A stretch of DNA of 37,630 bases. It comes from Patescibacteria group bacterium. Lineage in GTDB: Bacteria; Patescibacteriota; Minisyncoccia; Phycocordibacterales; PALSA-1337. Every line of letters starts with the position of its first letter. Position 1 is the first letter of the stretch. The position numbers and the translations under genes are program-made. The notes under the pieces are model-generated. The model was given only the letters and a program-made list of their open reading frames with translations. It did no database searches and was not told the origin of the DNA. Location: the NCBI GenBank assembly GCA_038065415.1, contig JBBTRA010000012.1, forward strand, positions 1-37,630. Direction: 5' to 3'. Positions 33,513 through 37,630 of this stretch are shown here, piece by piece.

Positions 33513-34214
33513 TTACTTTGGATTAACGAGAGATGCACGAGATACCTTGCTGAGCTTCCTGAGCGCCTCGATCGCTACCTTGGCATTGTTGAGGCGGTTC
33601 TTGCTACCTGAAAGGAATTTTGCGCACACATCTTTGATGCCTGCAAGCTCAATGACTGCACGAGCCGAGCTTCCTGCGACGACACCGCGTCCGCGAGCTG
33701 GGAATATCATGATGCGAGCGCTCGCGTATTTTGCTTCAACAGCGTGAGGAATGGTCATCTGTGCTGAAAGAGGTACTTTGATGAGATTTTTCTTGGCCTC
33801 GCGAGTAGCCTTCTCTACCGCTGATGCGGTGTCGATGCTCTTACCCAAACCGACACCAACACGACCCTTCTTGTCGCCCGCAACAACGGCAACGCTGAAA
33901 TTCATGCGGCGTCCTCCAGAGGTCACACGGGTAACGCGACGGATATCGATGATCTTGGAATCAAACTCTGGCTTAACACGCTCGCGAGGTTCACCGCGGT
34001 TACCTCCGCGCTGACCAGGACGGCTTCCCTGAGGACCTCCGCTCGATGGACCACGACGAGGAGCATCTCCACGCATACGGCGTCCTGGAGTTATCTTGTT
34101 GGCGACTGCGCCAGCAGCAACCGGATCGGCAGCCAATACAGCAGCATCGACGCCGGTGGCAGGAACCTTCACCTCGGCTGATTCGTTATTGATCTGTATG
34201 TCTTTTGCAGTCAT
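33513..34214 (-). CDS. rpsE: 30S ribosomal protein S5 with an N-terminal Arg/Gly-rich extension
   Basis: The core is IIDIRRVTRVTSGGRRMNFSVAVVAGDKKGRVGVGLGKS...RIMIFPARGRGVVAGSSARAVIELAGIKDV. It is preceded by about 75 extra residues. Confidence 0.9.
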   Translation of the reverse strand: MTAKDIQINNESAEVKVPATGVDAAVLAADPVAAGAVANKITPGRRMRGDAPRRGPSSGGPQGSRPGQRGGNRGEPRERVKPEFDSKIIDIRRVTRVTSGGRRMNFSVAVVAGDKKGRVGVGLGKSIDTASAVEKATREAKKNLIKVPLSAQMTIPHAVEAKYASARIMIFPARGRGVVAGSSARAVIELAGIKDVCAKFLSGSKNRLNNAKVAIEALRKLSKVSRASLVNPK

Positions 34215-34237
34215 GGTTTTGATTAAAATGATTGGAA

Positions 34238-34588
34238 TTAGAATTCGAGTCCTCCTTCGCGAGCAGCATCGGCGACCATCTTGATCTTACCGGTATAGAT
34301 ATACCCGCCGCGGTCAAAGACTACCTTTGAAATCTTAGCTGTCTTTGCCTTCTTGGCAATCTCTACACCAACCTCCTTGGCGCGCTCGACTGGAGTCTTG
34401 GCTTTGGAAGCACGTGAATCAAATGAGGCGAGCGTATGACCCTTGGTATCATCGATGATCTGAGCATAGATATATTTGTGCGACTTGAATACAGCCAAGC
34501 GTGGTCGCTCTGTAGTACCAGAGATCTTGGCGCGGATGCGAGACTTGCGTCGTGCGAATATAGCCTGTTTTTTCTGTAGTGTATTCAT
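34238..34588 (-). CDS. rplR: 50S ribosomal protein L18
   Basis: [35 protein letters not shown]...[28 protein letters not shown]. Confidence 0.92.
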   Translation of the reverse strand: MNTLQKKQAIFARRKSRIRAKISGTTERPRLAVFKSHKYIYAQIIDDTKGHTLASFDSRASKAKTPVERAKEVGVEIAKKAKTAKISKVVFDRGGYIYTGKIKMVADAAREGGLEF

Positions 34589-34593
34589 GTGTT

Positions 34594-35127
34594 TTATGCA
34601 GCCTTCTTACCCTGCTTCCTGCGGATGACCTCATCAGAATAGCGGATACCCTTACCGAGATATGGCTCCGGCTTCTTGAGAGCTCTAACAACAGCAGCGA
34701 ACTGACCTACCTTCTCGCAATCAATACCTGAAACGGTGATGGTATTCTTCTCGGATGTAACCTTGAGATCTGCAGGAATCGGCATGTTGATCGGATGAGA
34801 AAAACCGAGGGCGAGGGCGAGTGTTGTGCCCTTGATGTCTGCTTTGAAACCGATACCTTCGACAACAAGTTTCTTCTCATACGCCTTGTTGACGCCGGCA
34901 ATCATATTCTTGATGTGAGATGCGTATGTACCCCAGAGCGCGCGTGACTGGAGGGAGGTCACATTTGGAGTCAAAGTGATGGCTCCGTTCTCAATAACGA
35001 CGTTGATATACGGACGGAACGTCTTGCTCAGCGTGCCAAGAGGTCCCTTGATCGTCATGACGCCGCCTGAAAACGAAGCTTCAGTCTTCGGAGGGATGGT
35101 AATAGGTTTTTTTGCAATGCGTGACAT
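34594..35127 (-). CDS. rplF: 50S ribosomal protein L6
   Basis: [34 protein letters not shown]...VEGIGFKA...[23 protein letters not shown]. The start was trimmed to the ATG at 35127, because the ORF-track start would overlap rpsH. Confidence 0.92.
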   Translation of the reverse strand: MSRIAKKPITIPPKTEASFSGGVMTIKGPLGTLSKTFRPYINVVIENGAITLTPNVTSLQSRALWGTYASHIKNMIAGVNKAYEKKLVVEGIGFKADIKGTTLALALGFSHPINMPIPADLKVTSEKNTITVSGIDCEKVGQFAAVVRALKKPEPYLGKGIRYSDEVIRRKQGKKAA

Positions 35128-35140
35128 ATAGTTATTGAAA

Positions 35141-35527
35141 TTACCAGATCTTGAAGAGAACTTCTCCACCGACCTTGAGCTTCTTGGCCTCCATATCGAT
35201 CATTATGCCCTTCGGAGTCGAAAGGAATGTGTTTCCGAAGCCGCTGCGGAAGACGCGGATGTCGCTCGCCTTCTGATAGATACGGCGGGACGACTTGGAG
35301 ATGCGCTCAACACCGTGAATGCGAGGCTCTCCTGAGAAATAAACAATACCGAGCTTGATCTCGTGTGTATCCTTGTTCTTCTCCACACTGGTGAGATATC
35401 CGCTCTTCTTGAGAGCGTGTGCAATATTCTCAGCGAGTTTGGACTGCGAAACGAGCACCGATGGCTTCTTCGCATCGCTCGCGTTCTTGAGGCGTATGAT
35501 GAAGTCTGAGATAGAGTCGGTTACCAT
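35141..35527 (-). CDS. rpsH: 30S ribosomal protein S8
   Basis: DSISDFIIRLKNASDAKK...ENIAHALKKSGYL...ISKSSRRIY...STPKGIM...AKKLKVGGEVLFKIW. Confidence 0.92.
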   Translation of the reverse strand: MVTDSISDFIIRLKNASDAKKPSVLVSQSKLAENIAHALKKSGYLTSVEKNKDTHEIKLGIVYFSGEPRIHGVERISKSSRRIYQKASDIRVFRSGFGNTFLSTPKGIMIDMEAKKLKVGGEVLFKIW

Positions 35528-35706
35528 GATGATTTCTTTATGCCTGGAATAACACCGTCATTGGCGAATTCACGGAAACAGATACGACACAGATCGAAAT
35601 CCCTCATATAGCCATGCTTGCGGCCGCAACGGAAACAACGACGAACGACGCGCGACTTGAATTTCGGCTTCTTTTGGGATCGTACGATAACTGATGTTTT
35701 TGCCAT
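35521..35706 (-). CDS. rpsZ: 30S ribosomal protein S14, zinc-binding type Z (61 aa)
   Basis: MAKTSVIVRSQKKPKFKSRVVRRCFRCGRKHGYMRDFDLCRICFRE... contains the CxxC...CxxC pair. It overlaps the rpsH start by 7 nt. Confidence 0.92.
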   Translation of the reverse strand: MAKTSVIVRSQKKPKFKSRVVRRCFRCGRKHGYMRDFDLCRICFREFANDGVIPGIKKSSW

Positions 35707-35824
35707 ATCTTGATTTTTCTCAAAAAAAGTAGGACTGGTCAGCTATTCCTTCCGCCAGATGGCAGAGAGATATGCTTCCAATCATCATTTTTTACGGAAA
35801 ACCTTTATTTACTAAGGTAGAAGC

Positions 35825-35853
35825 ATACTAACAAATGGGTCCCTGGAAGTCAA
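35825..35853 (-). promoter_or_regulatory. Promoter-like element for the rpsZ operon (TTGACT-17-TAGTAT)
   Basis: On the minus strand, TTGACT is the complement of 35848-35853 and TAGTAT the complement of 35825-35830. This predicts a 5' UTR of about 112 nt. Confidence 0.55.
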
Positions 35854-35905
35854 CATGTTACGCCACATATGTTCAAAGTGTGTTTGGTTGCTCGAAAACC
35901 ATGGA

Positions 35906-35941
35906 CAAAAAGACCGCGATGTTACCCCGAACATCGCGGTC
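35906..35941 (-). terminator. Strong minus-strand intrinsic terminator upstream of the rpsZ promoter
   Basis: The minus strand reads GACCGCGATGTT-cggggt-AACATCGCGGTC (12-bp perfect stem) followed by TTTTT. The plus strand has no T-run after the stem. Confidence 0.85.
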
Positions 35942-36244
35942 AACCCCAACCACTAGCCCGATTCACCGGAGCGTACACGCTCCAAAAATCCAGGTTCCGT
36001 CTCACATACCGTATCGTTCCCGTCCAGCATCGGGAAGCTGGGCGATTCCGCACGCTCTACGCGTCGCACTGCAAACGGCCGAATGCGGATCAAAGGGGTG
36101 CGAGCACCCATCGATCCAGCTTCACGAGAAGTACTTGCCGATCGAGTCGGCGTACTACTGGTAAAACCGGCTGCGAATACCAAACGAAGCATCGTATTTG
36201 GATGTGTGTGCATACGTTTTCTTTGTTGATTGTGAAACCGTCTA
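35906..36244 (-). ncRNA. Candidate large structured non-coding RNA (~340 nt), class unknown
   Basis: The region is GC-rich with only overlapping junk-like ORFs. A chain of perfect hairpins is present on the minus strand at 36130-36156, 36087-36117, 36021-36044 and 35968-35983. A promoter-like TTGCAA-17-TAGCAT lies at the complement of 36251-36279, and a dedicated terminator lies at 35906-35941. Confidence 0.45.
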
Positions 36245-36322
36245 CATGAAATGCTATACCCGTCAGACCTTTATTGCAAGGCGAGTTATGCACTGCTTGT
36301 CCCAAGAAAAATATCGAATCAG

Positions 36323-37444
36323 CTACTCATCCCTGTCAAATCTCATTCTATCTCGACCTGAGTCATCTCTTCGGATGTCCCGCGAGTTCTTTGCTTTTTC
36401 TTCTCTATCTTTTGTGTCATTACTAGGTCTCTTCAATTCTTCACTCCTAATCTCTTTTTCAAGCCTCTGCTTTGCTTTCTCATATATCTCTGCTTCTTTC
36501 TTTTGCCTTTTAGTCTCGATAGACTCGCGGCTTGAAGAGGCGACCTCAGTCTTTCTTGCTGAAGTGGATATTTTTGCAGAACGTGTATCGGATTTTTCGG
36601 TTACTACTGGAGATTCTAGTTCTATAGAAGAAGCGGTATCTATCTTAGCGGCGACAATAACGTTGTCATCACCTCTATTTGCAGAAACAGAAATATCCTC
36701 GGTATCAGGCGCAGGAGCTGCCGACATACTCATCAGGGTTTGAGCTGCCGCATCTTCAACGGCGTGGACCGCAAGCATCACTCCCCTGGCTTTATTGCTC
36801 ACATCGAACCTCTGCGCTTCTGTCCGAGCCTTGTCGACGATACGAGAAATATTGGAAGATACGTTTTCAGCCCTCTTGTTGATACCAATAGTGGAAAGAA
36901 CTCGAGCATGTGCATTCATGCTTGCTTCAACCGCAATATTCGTGTCCTCGGCCTTCTCAGGCGACATCTCGTCCATCTCTTCTATATTCTTGGCCACATC
37001 AGCAACGTGGCGATCGAGGAGGACCGTGAGCTCTGTAACCTTGGACTCATCAAGATCACCGCGAGCAGCGAGTGTCTCAGCTTCTTCAAAACGACTCTGG
37101 ACGAAGCTCGTGTGTATCTCTGCCTTCTTGACAGGGTCGACCACGAGAGCGATGCGAATCGGTTCAGCCACTTGAACCTTGAGCGCGTAGAGAGCATCAC
37201 CCGGCAAGGCTCCCTGAGCGGCGAGCACCACCGAATTGCCGCTTACCGCCACGATAAGGATGGCTGCGACCACTGAAGCGAGTTTATGAGTCTGAATCCA
37301 GGAACTGAATGAATACACAGTCCATGGGCTACGGACACCCAAACGTGCTCCTGTAATACGCGTCAAAACTGCCTGCTTTTCAGCGGGTGTCATATATATT
37401 GACTGTATGTTTTGGATTGCTTTTTTGAATTCTTCGTTCTTCAT
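36323..37444 (-). CDS. Membrane-anchored DUF5667-like protein (anti-sigma-factor-like position), charged C-terminal tail
   Basis: A short cytoplasmic N-terminus, one TM (LASVVAAILIVAVSGNSVVLAA), the PGDALYALK motif, helical repeats, and a K/E/R/D-rich tail. Its ATG overlaps the TGA of the upstream sigma-factor gene (ATGA). Confidence 0.7.
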   Translation of the reverse strand: MKNEEFKKAIQNIQSIYMTPAEKQAVLTRITGARLGVRSPWTVYSFSSWIQTHKLASVVAAILIVAVSGNSVVLAAQGALPGDALYALKVQVAEPIRIALVVDPVKKAEIHTSFVQSRFEEAETLAARGDLDESKVTELTVLLDRHVADVAKNIEEMDEMSPEKAEDTNIAVEASMNAHARVLSTIGINKRAENVSSNISRIVDKARTEAQRFDVSNKARGVMLAVHAVEDAAAQTLMSMSAAPAPDTEDISVSANRGDDNVIVAAKIDTASSIELESPVVTEKSDTRSAKISTSARKTEVASSSRESIETKRQKKEAEIYEKAKQRLEKEIRSEELKRPSNDTKDREEKAKNSRDIRRDDSGRDRMRFDRDE

Positions 37445-37630
37445 GGTGTGTTTGCCCTCGTCTGCGTCGTATTTCTGTCATCTCCCTCCTGTATATCGTA
37501 CCCCGTCAATGTTCTTAATTTTTCTAGCCCTCTTGTAATACGCACCGAAGTGGCATTGGTGGATATACCTATAATCTCCGCTATCTCAGGAGGAGAGAGT
37601 CCTTCCACGAAACGCAGATAGACGGCATCA
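37441..37630 (-). CDS. Sigma-70 family (ECF-like) RNA polymerase sigma factor, C-terminal part only (continues beyond the window)
   Basis: Hand translation of the minus strand gives DAVYLRFVEGLSPPEIAEIIGISTNATSVRITRGLEKLRTLTGYD..., a region-4 helix-turn-helix. The stop is TGA at 37443..37441. Confidence 0.8.
   Translation of the reverse strand, partial: DAVYLRFVEGLSPPEIAEIIGISTNATSVRITRGLEKLRTLTGYDIQEGDDRNTTQTRANTP

Noticed and set aside
35906-36244. Identity of the large candidate RNA as RNase P RNA, tmRNA, 6S RNA or a riboswitch.
   Set aside because: By eye there is no GGAAAGUCC / ACAGAA..CGGCUUA P4 motif, no tRNA-like T-arm (GGUUCGA) or tag ORF, and no long end-to-end pairing. The unit is separated from rpsZ by its own terminator and a promoter. 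Only an Infernal search can settle this.
35835-36305. Four overlapping ORFs of 71-126 aa on both strands in the rpsZ-upstream spacer.
   Set aside because: They are mutually overlapping, Arg/Ser/Pro-rich, and have no start context or motifs. None resembles L5, L24 or L14. I interpret the region as non-coding (the candidate structured RNA).

Overview
This 37.6-kb segment is a gene-dense, housekeeping-rich piece of a bacterial chromosome with roughly 50% GC. I read it as a reduced-genome bacterium of the Candidate Phyla Radiation / Patescibacteria type. That is an inference from four observations: no L30 gene between rpsE and rplO, a minimal PheRS, a DUF5667-like anti-sigma-type protein beside an ECF-like sigma factor, and many shortened or tailed core proteins. 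The supported content falls into these groups:

- **tRNAs:** five genes, namely Arg-CCT (partial), Glu-TTC, Ser-CGA, Val-GAC and Thr-TGT.
- **Ribosomal and translation block (minus strand):** rpsZ-rpsH-rplF-rplR-rpsE-rplO-secY-rpsB-tsf.
- **Other translation genes:** prfA, rpmE (type B), rpsU and ybeY.
- **Cell division:** ftsA and ftsZ, separated by a low-GC methyltransferase gene.
- **Other core genes:** gyrB, pheS/pheT, tsaD, a trxB-like reductase, mscL, hsp20, prsW, and a coaD-HD fusion.
- **Envelope genes:** a processive GT2 glycosyltransferase, transporters and several secreted or membrane hypothetical proteins.

I found no rRNA, CRISPR array, transposase, integrase or reverse transcriptase.

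The most interesting signals are these:

1. A GC-rich, ORF-free, hairpin-dense unit of about 340 nt with its own promoter-like element and a 12-bp-stem terminator. It sits where rplE would normally precede rpsZ, and is a candidate large structured ncRNA of unknown class.
2. Two orphan promoter-plus-terminator units, which are candidate sRNAs, and one leaderless 37-codon micro-gene.
3. A GC-rich two-gene island beside tRNA-Val that encodes a small TM protein and a proline-rich bitopic protein.
4. A PheRS lacking the PheT OB-fold and B3/B4 editing domains.
5. Pervasive leaderless gene architecture, plus two tRNA-to-CDS tandem units.

All calls come from reading the sequence and the ORF translations. 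No database search was run.
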